NCBI GenBank assembly: GCA_028534125.1
Contig: CM052816.1
Span: 75,518,001 to 75,582,000, forward strand
Length of the DNA stretch: 64,000 bases
Source: Lama glama
Taxonomy: Eukaryota
Direction of reading: 5' to 3'
Below the pieces are notes generated by a model, which was not told the origin of the DNA, ran no database searches, and saw only the letters and a list, made by a program, of their open reading frames with translations. The position numbers and the translations under genes are program-made. Shown here in pieces: positions 13,766-27,239 of the stretch; positions within the stretch are counted from its first letter, which is position 1, and every line of letters starts with the position of its first letter.

Positions 13766-13856
13766 CTATAGCTCAGTGGTAGACTGCATGCTTAGTGTGC
13801 ATGAGGTGGTGGCTTCAATCCCCAGTCTCTATTAAAAAAACCTAAAAATCAAAAAG
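13766..13856 (+). mobile_element. tRNA-derived camelid SINE (vic-1 type)
   Basis: A-box tatagctcagtggtag, B-box-like ggcttcaatcccc, A-rich tail; TSD aaagtgcat at 13756-13764 and 13857-13865. Confidence 0.8.
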
Positions 13857-14195
13857 AAAGTGCATTATAAAGTTTTTGAAGTGTGTAATAGGTCAAACGT
13901 TATTAGAGAATTTCAAAGGAATAATTTTAAGGTAAGTTGTATCTTTCATATTAGGTTATACCAAGTAGACACCCATTTCTTAGAGAGGTTAAGGTGTCCT
14001 AGAATGAGACGTGCCTCTGCCCATCTCTTCTATGAAGAATTGGAAATACACAAGAACAACCTCTGTCCCTTTCCTACCCCAGGTCCTCTGACCCACAAGC
14101 CTGGCTGATACTGGAAGTAAGGAAGGAGATGAGATATAAATTGGATATAAGACTAGAGACTTAAACTGGACTGACTTTTAAAAATAGTAACTGAC

Positions 14196-14916
14196 TACAA
14201 AATAGCCATCATTAAAAAGTCTACAAATAAATGATAAGGAGGGTGTGGAAAAAAGGGAACCCTCTTACACTGTTGGTGGGAATGTAGCTTGGTGCAGCCA
14301 TTACAGAAAACAGTATGGAGGTTCCCTAAAAAACTAAAAATAGACTTACCATGTGATCCAGCAAACCCTCTTCTGGTCATATATTCAGAGGGAACTCTAA
14401 TTTGAACAGATACATGCACTCCAGTGATCATAGCGGCACTATATACAATAGCCAAGACTTGGAAGCAACCTAAATGTTCGTCAGCAGATGACTGGATAAA
14501 GAAGTTGTAGTATATTTACACAATGGAATACTACTCGGCCATAAAAAAGAATCAAATTATACCATTTGCAGCCACATGGGTGGACCTAGAGATTATCATA
14601 CTAAATGAAGTAAGTCAGACAGAGAAAGACAAATTCTATATGACATCACTTATATGTGGAATCTAAATATGACACAAATGAACTTATTTACAAAACAGAA
14701 ACAGACTCATAGACATAGAAAACAAACTTATGGTTACCAAAGGGAAAGGAAGAGGGGGAATAAATTAGGAGTTTGGGATTAGCAGATACAAACTATTATA
14801 TATAAAATAGATCAACAAGAAAGTCCTACTGTATAGCACAGTGAACTATATTCAATATCCTGTATTAAACCATAATGGAAAAGAATATGAAAAGAACATG
14901 TATGTATAACTGAATC
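14196..14916 (+). mobile_element. L1 3' fragment (ORF2 C-terminus and 3' UTR)
   Basis: Typical artiodactyl L1 sequence (gaaccctcttacactgttggtggg; ggaagcaacctaaatg; cagactcatagacatagaaaacaaacttatggttacc). Confidence 0.9.
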
Positions 14917-14950
14917 AAAAATGGGATTTGACAGAATGTAAAGAAAACTA

Positions 14951-16449
14951 TGATTATGATTTGCTCGGGCTACCATAACAAAGGACCACAGACTAAGTGG
15001 CGTAAAACAGCAGAAATATATTGTCACCCAGTCCTGGAGGCTAGAAATCTGAAATCAACCTGTCAGCAGGGCCGTGTTCCTTCTGAAACCTGCAAGAGGG
15101 AATTCTTCATTGCCTCATCTAGCTTCTGGTGTTTGCCAGACATCTTTGGCTTTCCTTGGCTTGGATGCATCTCTCCATTCTTTGCTTCCATCGTCTCATG
15201 GACATTTTCATTGTCTACCTCCTGTACATGTCTGTCTGCCCAAATGTGCATTACTGTATGAGGACAGCAGTCTTGTTTAATTAGACTATCTAGATGAATA
15301 AATAGGATCAAGACAACGAGCTTGCCTCTCCTTGCGACTACAATGAAACCACAAGTGAATGCTAAACAACCATCGAAAAAAGACTAGACCTGGCAAAAAA
15401 GATCTTCTGCAATTGGAAGCATAAAGAGAGAACCATAGCAGGATGGTAGGAGGGATGTGCTTGTGATATAATTGGGCCCCATACTCCCCTGGTGGTCGAC
15501 CCACAACCTGAAGATTTGTTAAGTTGCAGAGGCCCTCCCACAGGAGTGAGAGCTCTGAGCCCCACATCAGTCCTCCCAGCTTGGGTCTTGGCATTGGGAA
15601 GAAAAGGAGACCCCAGGACATCTGGGTTTGTAGGCCAGGAGAGCTTGGCTACGGGAGCCCCATGGGACTGGGGGAAATGGACACTCCATTTACTTGAGAA
15701 GCATACACAGAAACTCATGTGCACCAGGTCCAAGGGCAAAGGCAATGATTTCATAGGAATCTGGCTCAGACCTGCCTGCTGGATTTGGAGGGTCTCCTGG
15801 GGACCTGGGGTACGGCTGCGGCCCGCTCAGGGGACATAAAAGCTGGTGGCAGACATTCCTGGAGTGTTAATCTACATGAGCTTCCTGGAGGCTGAAATCT
15901 TGATTGAATCATTAGACCAAGACTTGGCCCCACCCAACAGCCTGTAGGGAAGCCTCAGGCCAAACAACATACAGGATGGGAACACAGCCCTGCCCATCAG
16001 CAGACTTCCTAAGCCACAAAGGCCTCTAGACACAGCCCTCCCCACCATAGGTCCAGGACCAAGCTTCACCCAGCAGTGGGCAGGCACCGGCTCCTACTGC
16101 CAGGAAACCTGCATAAGCCTCTAGTCCAGCCTCATCCACCAGGGGGCAGATACTGGAAATAAGAAAACAACAATCCCAAGCCTGTGGAAGGAATCCACAA
16201 ACACATAGAAACATAGATGATATGAGGTGGCAAAGGAATATCTCCTGGGCCAAGGCACAAGATAAAATCCCAGAAGAAGAATTAGACTCTTAATGACCCC
16301 GCTCTCTAATGAGGTCCCACTCTAATGACCTCATCCTTAGCTGGATTACATCTGCAAACACCCTATTTCTAAATAGGGTCACATTCACAGACACCAAGGG
16401 TTTGTATTTCAATTTAGGTTTCATTGCAGACACAATTCAACCCACAACA
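14951..16449 (-). mobile_element. MaLR LTR (MLT1B/C-like), split by an L1 5' insertion at 15288-16279
   Basis: Left part ...ccataacaaaggaccacagactaagtggc...; right part ...gattacatctgcaaacaccctatttctaaatagggtcacattc...acacaattcaacccacaaca. Confidence 0.8.
15288..16279 (+). mobile_element. L1 5' UTR plus the first codons of ORF1, 3'-truncated
   Basis: GC-richer artiodactyl L1 5'UTR-like sequence ending in atgaggtggcaaaggaatatctcc...caagataaaatcccagaagaagaa (ORF1-start-like MRWQRNISWAKAQDKIPEEE). Flanked by aattagact on both sides. Confidence 0.75.
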
Positions 16450-17241
16450 CTGTAACTGGGGAGAAAAATGTTTCCTGCTTACACTTCATAATATAATCAA
16501 AGGTTTATACCAGCTATTACATTCATATTTCTTGATTAAAATCAGTCATGCCTACTTGCCTTAAAATATTTTATTCTTTTGCTTGTAGCAATCTTCTCTT
16601 TTAGCGGTGATTAGCTGGCCTTTTTACCACTTTAGTTACCTTTGTTTCAAAGGATTTTTTGAGTGCACTAATCCATTAAAGTTTGCATGAGGCTAATTTG
16701 CATACCATTTACCAGTTGAATTTTTCACATTCTGATATTAATATTAATAAAGCAATTTAGTACAATAAGTGTTAAGAGCGAATGAAGCAGAGAGCAAAAC
16801 TGAAACATATTAAATACCTGGAATTCAGACCTAGAATCTCCAATGCTGTCCTAGAAGATTAAATACATTCTAGATCAAAGGTAAAAGCTCCATCCTCTTA
16901 GGCTGTTAGAGATGAATGCTAAGCATTCATGCTTGTAGCTTAAGTAACTGGAAACCAATTCAGGTTCTTTTTTTTATTATGGATTTTAATTTTTGTTGAC
17001 TCTGCAAGATATTGACAAAATAAATAAGACTCCAGTTTAAAGAATTTTATAAATAGACATGACATATCTCAGATGTCCGAGAAGCAGAGTTCTAAGACTG
17101 TGATTTTTCTAGTCCTCTGGTGAGGTGACTGACAGTCAAGCTTAACCAAATATTTCCTCTTTTTGGCAGTCTTCAGTAAAGCTCTAACTTCTAGACTAAA
17201 TTGTTACTGTTTTTTTCACTTTCTATAAGAGCCTGCAACTT

Positions 17242-17348
17242 GCACTATTTACAAAAGCTGAGACAGAAGCAACCTAAATGTCCATTGACAGATGAATGGA
17301 TAAAGAAGATGTTTTGGGATAGATAGATAGATAGATAGATAGATAGAC

Positions 17349-17379
<31 letters not shown>

Positions 17380-17870
17380 AGACATAATACTCCTAAACCA
17401 TTTTTTTAAAAGAATGAAGTAATGCCATTTGCAGCAACATGGTTGGACCCAGAGATTATTACACCATGTGAAATAAGTCAAAGACAAATATCATATGATA
17501 TCACTTATATGTGGAATCTAAAAACTAATACAAATGGACATATTTATAAACCTGAAATGGACTCACAGACATAGGAAACAAACTATGGTTACCAAAGGCT
17601 GTAGGGGTGGGGGTAAATTAGGTGTTTTGGATTAACATATACACACTGCTATACATAAAACAGATAAACAACAAGGACATACTGTAGAGCACAGAGAACT
17701 GTATTCAATACCTTGTAATAGCCTATAATGAATATATGTAAAGAACAAAAGGATCTGAAAAATAATATATGTATCTTTTTCAGATTGTCATATAAATGTA
17801 TAACTGAATCACTTTGCTATACACCTGAAACTAACATGACATTGTAAATCAACTATAATTTAAAAAAATG
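17242..17870 (+). mobile_element. L1 3' end with A-tail, containing a GATA microsatellite
   Basis: L1 3' UTR through tgtaaatcaactataatttaaaaaaa; TSD core ctgcaactt at 17233-17241 and 17881-17889. Confidence 0.9.
17318..17384 (+). repeat. (GATA)n tetranucleotide microsatellite, about 16 units, interrupted
   Basis: gatagatagata...gacagatagata... Confidence 0.95.
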
Positions 17871-19694
17871 TTTCTAAAGACTGCAACTTCCACAACCAAC
17901 ATTCCTTAGTTTTAGAGATTGAACTCTTCTGTTATTTCCAGAAGAGCACCCACAAGCTGAACTAAATCCCTTCCTAAATTCTAATTCTGAGCAACAAAAT
18001 CTGACAGAACATGATGGCTCTGGTTGGCGCTGGGCACTGAATATCCTGGAGCTTGATTAATTGGATTCTAGAAGGCTGGCTGTCTCTAAGGTCACCTTCA
18101 TTCTTTTGGGATACTCGTGTGTGGAATCAAGGAGGCATCAGCTTCTAACCAAACAAATGGCCTGCAAAATCATAGTTATATCCATTTTCTTTTATGAGCA
18201 TGAGACAGGCCACTGCTACACAATTTGTCTTCTTGACAAGTTCTAGCTGTACCATTTCAGCTCCATGTGTCAAATGTCAGTAGGAGTACATGTCAGCAAT
18301 CAAGGGACTCCAAGGGATGGACGGTGCTTTGAAAATCATGCTCACGAAGATTTATATAGACAGATGTTCATCACAACATTATTTATAATACAAAAATGAC
18401 AGAGCCTGAATGTCTAATAATAAATTGCACCCCCTCTATCTGCTGGAACAGTATGAGACCACTGATAAGCACCTTTCTAAAAAGATTTTGAAGGACATAA
18501 TAAAAAGTGAAAAACCAGGCTGCAATACTGTGTATGCTTACAGCTATGTAAATTGTGTGTGTATACATGCCTTTAAAACAATGATTGGGAAAACAAAATT
18601 CTGGAATTTGGAATTATTTTTATTTTCTTATTTATATTTGTCTGAATTTGCTACATGTTCTATAATCAGCATGTAACTTTTAAATATAATTGGTCATGAA
18701 AATCATTCATAAAAATGTTCTCTTCTACTTACGTAGAGAAACGAGAGAGGTAATTCTTGTAGAGAAAAATGATGGCAAATTGGCCTCAGAGTTCAAGCCA
18801 GCCCAACTTGTCTGGATTTACACACATGAGGCAGGTAGTATCTTCCAGCCAAACTTGTGAGTCTCATACACATTCATTCATTCATCCATGAGCATCATCT
18901 GAATACCTGTTAAGTCACAAGAGTTATAGTTGTGCAGAGATCTTGGAGGTACTTATAGCACCTGGGAAGACTTCAAATGTACACTTAAACCAATATTATA
19001 CAAAATAGAGAACTGTTTAAAAATTATAGGTGTAGATAACATCTTTAGGGAATTAAAAAAAATCTGGACAGTTAATAAAATACAATCAAACTTAAATTCT
19101 CAATGTTTTATTTGCCGGAGAGAAATGGCTGGAGTATTCAGACTAAGTATTCAGATTAACTAAGCTGATGAAAGGTGCTTGTTCCCTGTGCTCCGGCAGG
19201 CATGAGCACAATGACAAACATTACCAATAAAAGTTTTAAGTTCTGTTTAGAATGAATCACCCTTTATACCAAATAAACGCAGATGGCCCAATGTTTGCAA
19301 TCAAAACCCTAACAGTCTATGATATTCAAGCAATGTAGACAGAAGACCCAAAGTGAAGAGGAAACTAGACTGGGCAGCTCAAAGTACACTCCAAGGAGTA
19401 CTTGCTTAATGCCACCCCCCACCCCAGTATGCAGTGACATAGTAGATTTGTAATAGGCTGCATTTTACCTCAACCATGACCCTTAACACAAGGGAAAAGC
19501 CATGTCATTTTTCAGAGTCATGAGATGAGATTTCACTGTCCTTCATGAAGCCCTCTTTGTAGTAACAGCAGGGTACAGAGCGCAATCCCAACTGAAGCAT
19601 TACCATCTTGGTGATAACAACTGGAGACTAATTGTTGCTTTGGAGCATGACTCCCCTTCCATTGAAAGGTAGTGATCCACACTGGTACATCTCT

Positions 19695-20070
19695 GCAGTT
19701 GTCAGAAATACTGCTCACCAGCAGCTCTCCATCTCCAAGGGACCTGGTAGGAACATACTTCTTGGCCCCCATGAGTTGGGGGCCCATGTAATTGGTTCTG
19801 ACCAACAAAATGTAACCAGAAGTACATGTGTGGCTTCTGGACAAAACATGTACTTGCTGGCATGAAGATTTCCCCCAACCACCTTCTCCCTGTGGCATGT
19901 TTGAAATGGTGGCTCCTCCATCAGCCTGAGTCCTGGAGTCACTAACAGGAGCAGAGTCCTCTCTACTGCAGTGAACTTCTATGGGTATGTGGCATGAGCA
20001 AGAAATGAACTCTTCTGAGATTGGAAGGTGGTATATTTGTTGCTGCATTACCTAGCCTACCTGTCTGAAA
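19695..20070 (+). mobile_element. MaLR LTR (MLT1I/J-like)
   Basis: ggcccatgtaattggttctgaccaa...agaagtacatgtgtggcttctgg...catgagcaagaaatgaac...tttgttgctgcattacctagccta. Confidence 0.7.
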
Positions 20071-20659
20071 GTAACTGACATCAGAAGCTGTTCTCTTTCA
20101 CTTGTCCAAACTGCATTCCAGAACACTGCTTCCTACAGGCATTACCGAGTGAATAGGAATTACTATTGCTTTGAACATGAACTATAATCACTAGTATGCT
20201 TGGGGGGAAAAAATACAGAACAAATTAAAATTAGGAAAGAGTGATTATATTTAGCTCTTAAATACATTCTTAATTGCATCCATCATTTTATAGAGAAATT
20301 GATTAGTGGAAAATTGAAGTTAAAAGAAAATAAATCCTTATATAGAAAGTTTACCGGCTAAGACTGAAAAGAAAGATAAATGCAAAAATGGTGAACACAC
20401 TTTTAATAAACTCCTTATCATATCTGGTAAATTTGTTAGAATCTGAGAAACATTTATTATTTTAAAAAGCATTTCAAAGCTAATTAAATCTACTTCATAT
20501 TTCTTGATTACCAAATCATTCCTATTATATTTTATGCCAATTGCTTATCAAAGCTGCATTCTAAAGAACTCCAGGCATTTGCTAATGATGCAGATACACA
20601 AAAACGGATTCTTCATTCCAATTTCTAATGCTTGGATATACTAAAATCTAACTAGTAAA

Positions 20660-21060
20660 CTATAGCAGGTAGTATTTATTGCCCCTCCCCCCCAAAAATT
20701 TATTCAGCCCCCAGCTGATGACCAGTAATTCAGAACAGGCTGATACCAGTCCCAACACCAGACTCAGGAAGTAAACCACAGTTGGTTTAAGTCAGTCAGT
20801 GGGGTTCCATTTCCTTTCCCCATGTGGTTTGCGCATGTGCAGGTGATGCAAATCTGACGAATGAGAGGTGAGGAGCATCTTCTGGAGGGCTTCTCAGAAG
20901 GAGTTCCTTACTCTTCAAGAGTTCACAGGAAGAGATGGTCAGTTCTGAATGGTGCCATGTCCGAAGGTGATGCTTGAACCTGTCACAGCCATCTTGCCAC
21001 CATGAGGAGGTTTCCACTTATGGTCTAAGCCAACATTTGAAAGAGGCTTCAATAGAGACA
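20660..21060 (+). mobile_element. MaLR LTR (MLT1K/L-like)
   Basis: cagccatcttgccaccatgagg core and gagaggtgaggagcatcttctggagggcttc. Confidence 0.55.
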
Positions 21061-21667
21061 TAGAAAAAACCTAAGTGAGAACAGATTAGAAAACAAAACA
21101 GGCTGGATTCTATTCAACTATAAACAAAAATTTTTTAGTACTCTGCCTGGCTGCACTTAAGGGCTGACAGCAGCTGATCATTCGACACTGAACATTAGTG
21201 ATCATAGCCCTGATTGTTCACAAGCTTGTGTTATGGAGCAGAGCAGACAGAGGTTAACAGCAGAGCTATGAGGTTGAATTTCCCTTTGTGGGTGGCTGTC
21301 TTCTTCACTTGATCAATATGCCCATGTTACTCAAGACTAGAGATCTCATTTTTCAGGTTGTTGTGTTTCTCCTCTTAGTTCTAAACAATGCCTTTAGTCT
21401 TTGGAGGACTTTATTGCTCTCCTCCCTTCCCAAAGAGAGTGACTAGGCAGGAATGAAGAAGGAGGATTGAGCCCAAGCCCAAGACCTTCTGTCCATCAAT
21501 GCAAGGGCTCCAGAGTAGATGACCATAAGACTGGTTTTCAAGGAGCTAAGGGCAACTGAACTGAGAGTAACTCAGGAGTGTGGCTTCTGTGTCCTCAGTC
21601 TCTGGAAACCATCCCCTTAGCATTACAGGACTGGCCAATAACACTAAGAAGTTCTCAGTCGTGCCTT

Positions 21668-22162
21668 TGTTTTCACCTGGTGCTGCTGCTATAACAAATT
21701 AGCATAGATTTAGGGGCTTAAAATAATACACATTTATTACTTTGATTCGGGGAATCAGAAGTCCAAAATGGATCTCACTTAAAAGTAAGGACTGCATTCC
21801 TTCTTGTGGCTTTACGGGCAAATCTCTTTGCTTGTCATTTCCAGCTTCTAGAGATTGTCTTCATTCCCTGGCACGTGCTTCCCTTCCTGCATCTTTGAAC
21901 CCAAATATCTCATCACTTCAAACCCTGCTTCTGTCATCTCATCTTCCTGCTTCTCATTCTCATTTTTTGTCCCAATTTCTCTTAAAAGAACCCTTGTGAT
22001 TACAATGGACCCACGCAGATAATCCAAGATAATCTCCCTATTTCAAGATCCTTAACTTAATCACATCTGCAAAGTCCCTTTGTGCATGTAAGGTACCATA
22101 TTCACAGGTTCTGGAGATCAGGGCATGGGCATCTTTGTGGAGCCATTATTCTGTCTACTACA
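21668..22162 (-). mobile_element. MaLR LTR (MLT1C/D-like)
   Basis: gctgctataacaaattagc...ggcttaaaataataca...aatccaagataatctccc...ttaacttaatcacatctgcaaagtccc...attattctgtctactaca. Confidence 0.8.
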
Positions 22163-25100
22163 TCTGGTATACTTCAGCTATCATTAGCCATAATAGATGC
22201 AGAGTATTCCATGAATTTGGGAGTTTTTGGTGTTTTTTTTTTAATTAAAGAGAAATTATTTTACAAAACAAAAGACAAATATTATCCTCATAAATAGTAA
22301 GGGTACCCTGCCCTCTTTGCGCCTGACCCTAAACATGGGACGAGAGCTGCCAGAACCTTCCAAAATACTTGGACTTGACGGTTATCAGGACTATCTCCCT
22401 ATCTCATATTTAAGTTTCTCTATGCATTGTGCTTTATACTCTAGTTCCATGGGTGAGCTTTATCACCTAGTAGAAAGCATGGTAGCCAGATTTTAAAGAA
22501 ATGGTAAGTGGATAAATATTGCCTTTCTGAGTCTCAAGTTAAAACCCTCAAGAAAGACTCTTATTAACCCTGCTTTATTAAGATGGTTACCTCTAGACCA
22601 AGACTAGACCAAAACTAATACAGCAGTACAATGCCACAACCAAGCTTCTAAATTTCCTCTGACTTAACAGACACTGAAGGGTCTTAAAGCAGAATAATGA
22701 TACCTCTTTCAGAAAGTAGAGATATTGTTACAACAATGAGAAATCTCCCAGCAGTGGTTTCCAAACCTGGTAATCATCAAAACCATTTGGAGAGTTTTTA
22801 AAAATATTGACTCCCAGCCCCACCTTGAACTACTACAACAGAATCTCCAAAACCTAGAAAATAGCACAGACTCATTACAAATGCAGTCAGGAAAGCTGTT
22901 TCAGATCTGGGCTGAGGCCGGCCATTTATAACAGGGATCGTCTACCAACTCTGCCCTGAGCCTTTGACCACGGGCACTGATCCAAACTCTATCCCTCCCC
23001 CACTTCCTTACTCCTATCCCAAGGCCTCCACATCTTCCCTAGACTTGTGCCGGTGCAATAAGATCCAGGGCTACCTGAATCTTTTTCTGACAGTTTGTTC
23101 CTTTAAACATTGTGCTTAAGTCCTGTAGCTTGGCTGGCTGCACTGGCTGACTCTAGCTTTATTCTCAGGACTCGCAGAATTCTGCACCCACTGGTTCAGG
23201 GAACTGTTTCATTCCCAGCCATTACCCCTAAAAAGTTTACTGCTCTAAGATAGTAAGGAAGGGAGGAAAAATAAGGAGAGAAAAATGGTGGAGAGGAAAA
23301 TGAGAGGACTCTGACAGATGAGGATGAAAGGGAAAAGAAGGTAGGCAATTTATCCCGCACACTCAAAACGTTGATCCCAAGGTCACCTGCACCAAAATCA
23401 TCTCAAGCAGTGCTATTCAAAGTGTTTGTCTTTGAATTATTTATTATGGCTTCCAAAAAGATAATGAGCTAGCACCCAAATGCAAATCAACAGACTGCCT
23501 CCTCCATCCACAAAGTCTTGCTACCAAAAAAAAATAAATAAAGTAGGCTAAACTAAGCTGTGTAATTAGTAATAAAGTTCATATACATTCTGTCTTAGGC
23601 TCCTTGTCCCATGAACACCAACAAAAATAAGTTCTCAAAAGGCATTTACATTTACTATACTCTTCTGGGTCTCATTTATAAAGAGATATTGTAAGTTTTA
23701 CTAATTGTCCACTAAAATTGATAGCAATATACTTGAGGAAAAGAGCTATGCTAAAAATCTTCTTAGTAAACCTCAAAATAACTGGCATGGAGCAAGCAAT
23801 CAAAATATATTTAATTGCATAAAGTTAAAGCATAAGAAAAATGAAGAAAATGTTAGCTTAGAAATATAAATCTGGAGGTCATCTACCAGTGACTCCAAAA
23901 ATCATGTAAGTAGATGACTTCCTCTAAGAGAATAATTCAGTTTTCTCTTCTGAATTATTCATTCACTAATTCATTTTAGTATTTATTCATTCAATTCAGA
24001 GCTTACTAAAAGCACTATTAGGGACAAACATGATTCTTATTCTCATGGAGCATGAATACAGAAGAGACAGAAAATAGCTTAATTACTAATAAGTAAGTTA
24101 TTACCAACTGCAATGAGAACCGAAGAGTGGGAAGAAACCAGACAGTATGTGAAGTCTTGGGGAGCATGGAGCAGGCAGTTCTAACAGCCCATGCAAAGAC
24201 TGAGGTGAGAAAGAGTCTGGGTCTTGCCAAGAAATGAAGCTAAGTTGACTTCTGTTTTCAAGTAGATCAGAGGCAATATGCTGTTGAAAACAAAAAGAAA
24301 GGCCGGAAAAAAATTTAAGTCATATAGTGAGGCATAAGAGAACTGTAGAAGTAATAAAGACCAAAAGGGATTAATGTTTCAGAGAAGAAACTTTCCAGAG
24401 GTGAACTGAGGATTTGCACCTGTCTCTAGGGACACATGCTGAGCCTGGACATTGACTAGAGGCCAAGAATCAGGGCAAGGCACAGGCCAGGGGCCAGTGT
24501 TGGGGGCAGAGAAACCAGTGGGATCTTTGGGTTGTGCGCATAGAGTGATCAAACTGGAGAAGTGAACGGCCTCAGACCCATGGCCACTTTCTCCCTAAAA
24601 TACTGACATTCCAAAGATGCAGAGCAGGAGACTAAAATATTAAGCTGAGGCATCAGAAAAGCAGAGAGGGACTCCCTGCAGTCTCTCAGTACTTAGGGGA
24701 AAAGACCTGGGAAGAAAGGAACAAGTGAGAGTCAAGAGCCCTTGAGTGAGTGATGATGATGATGTTGCTGGCGATATAGTACCACTTCTTACATAAGGGC
24801 ATGTATGGGAGCATCAGCACTTCTGGAGGCTGAAAATCCAGACTGGTTCCCAGCAAAGAGTCACTGCGGGGTATTGAAAAGCCAGCGGAACTTTTGGCAG
24901 TTCTGTAGGCTAGGAGTGACAAAAGTGGAGATTTATGGGTTCAGCACGGAAAGTCTCTTTCTCAAGACATCTGCCAATTCTGGATTTATGTGGGGTAGGA
25001 GGCTAAAGAGCCAAGTCAAAAACCTTTCAGAATGTCCTAAAATTTGACTGTGGTGATGGCTGCACAACTCTGTAAATATAATAAACACCATTGTACACTT

Positions 25101-27239
25101 AACGTGAGTGAATTTTATAGCTCAATAAAGCTGTTAAAACTCTCAAAATCAGAGTAGAAATGTCACACCATATCTCACCACTGAGAAGAAGTTCCATACG
25201 ACTTTCAGTAAAAAGCCCCAGAGGACCAAGTCCTAAGACCAGGGGTAACCTGAAGGCACTCCACAACCCAGCCTCGCTCCATCAAAGAGCAGGTTAAAGT
25301 CATCAGTTCTGCACTCTATCTGCCTAGCAAAGAAAAGTGTGAAAGTTACTGGGTGAATAATAACATCAACTGGAGTTTCTACATTTTTAAATACATGTGT
25401 GTGTGTGTATACATATATATGCTGTCTGATATTTAACTAAAAATTACTAGACAGGACCATATAATGGTTTTATAACCAATAACCAAGAGGAAAAAATAAT
25501 AGACAATAAATACAGACCCTCATGTGACCCAGATATTGAAGTTAAGACATAGGATATTTAAAGAAGTACAATTATTACGTTCAATAATATACTTTTAAAA
25601 TTGGGAAATAAGGCTAATGTGGCTGGGCCATACAAGAGAATGAAATATAAAACTGAAGATAAAGGCAGGGGCTGATCATGCAGGGCCTTTTAGGCCATGA
25701 TAAAAAGTTTTAATTTGATCCCAAGTCATGGTTTTAAGTAAGAAAGTAGAATAATCCAATTTGCATTTTAAAAGGAAGAATCAAGGAACTCATCTAAGAA
25801 TCTATAGCTCTTACCTAAATAAGAGACGATGGTAGCTTGGATTGAGATTGCTGTAGAAGATACGGAGAGATGTAGCTAGATCCAAGATCTATTTTGGAGG
25901 CATAATCTGCAGAACTTGCCAATGGTTTGAAAGTAACTGATCAGAGAAAGAAAAATGCCAAAGGTAACTCTCAGGTTTCTGACTTGAGCAAGATGGGGTA
26001 GAATGACAGCAGAGTAGGTGAGGGAGCTGAGGGAAGTCCCATAGAAGCAGCGAGGCTTTCTTGAGATTACCAACCAGTTAGGAGCAAAACAAAGGCTAGA
26101 GCCCGAGTCTCCTGATTCTTGTTGCAGTACTCTCCACCACGCGAACTTCCCTTTAGGAATTCTTTTCAGTAGTATTGTGCCTGTCTGTACAACACAGACG
26201 CTGCACAGAAACATTTTGTGTTTAGAAATCCAGTTTCCAGGAGTAGTCAAATATTAATTTTGACACTTTAAACGTGGATGGCAAATTCGAGTGCATTCAG
26301 AGCCAGGAAACATGAGGTGAGTGAAGATCAGGTTTTATGCTAATTCAGAATGTGGGGCAGGGGTTTCTTTTGATGAACCTGCAGTATATATACCATCAAA
26401 AGCCATTCAAATTTAATCTCTGAAATATTTTTAATTACTCTCCTGCCAATTAAAACATATTTACATGCAGTTTACCAACTCCTGCTAATTAGATGCAAAT
26501 GTTTGGTGACACCTTATTTTGCCTTTGAACATAAGCGAAAGATAGAGTTCTGTTCAGGGACTCTACGCTTGTTTAGCCACTTATTGGAAATGGCAGTGCA
26601 TTCCTAATTGCATGAATATTTATATGTAAATAGAAGTCTAAGGTTTATTCCATAAACAAACAAAGAACTAAAAGAAGGCCGTGCATAAACCAATGCATTG
26701 TGATCCAGGGCTTATGATTAATCCAAACTTTTACAACTAAAATCCACATAAGTTAACTGGATTATCTTGCCCGATGCACTTTCTGTTCCCTTGAGATCTG
26801 ATGCTGGGAGCCCTCAATCTCGTCACCTAGGAACAGACAATAGAAAGAGGAAGAAAAGAATGATTACAAAAAAGAAGCTGCCAGTGATGAACTAACATAA
26901 TGGGTAAGTCAACAAGAAAGCAATGGGAAAAAATTGTGACAGAAAAACCTAGTTTGCCCTTGCTTTATAAAATTGCTTAATGCTTAAAGAAAATGTTAAA
27001 TTCATGTATTTTTCAACCAGGAAGTCATTCAGCTTAAATGTGTCTTGCCAGTTTTGTAATTAAACATTGCTTCTATATTTTCGCCATTGTAAATAGTGGT
27101 ACTATGAACACTGGGGTGCATGTATCTCTTCAAATTAGAGTTTTCTCAAGATGTATGCTTGTTTCTGTTTTGAAATAAGTTCATTTGTATCATTTTCTAA
27201 ATTCTACATGTAAGTGATATCATAATATTTACTTTCCTT

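Noticed and set aside
13766..13830. tRNA-like sequence (also at 53905-53975)
   Set aside because: No intact cloverleaf; A-tail and TSD identify these as SINEs, not tRNA genes.
15286..16253. Cluster of overlapping 70-130 aa ORFs on both strands
   Set aside because: Arise from GC-richer L1 5' UTR sequence; no protein homology evident.
19533..20048. 171-aa minus-strand ORF
   Set aside because: Lies largely within an MLT1 LTR; no coding signature.
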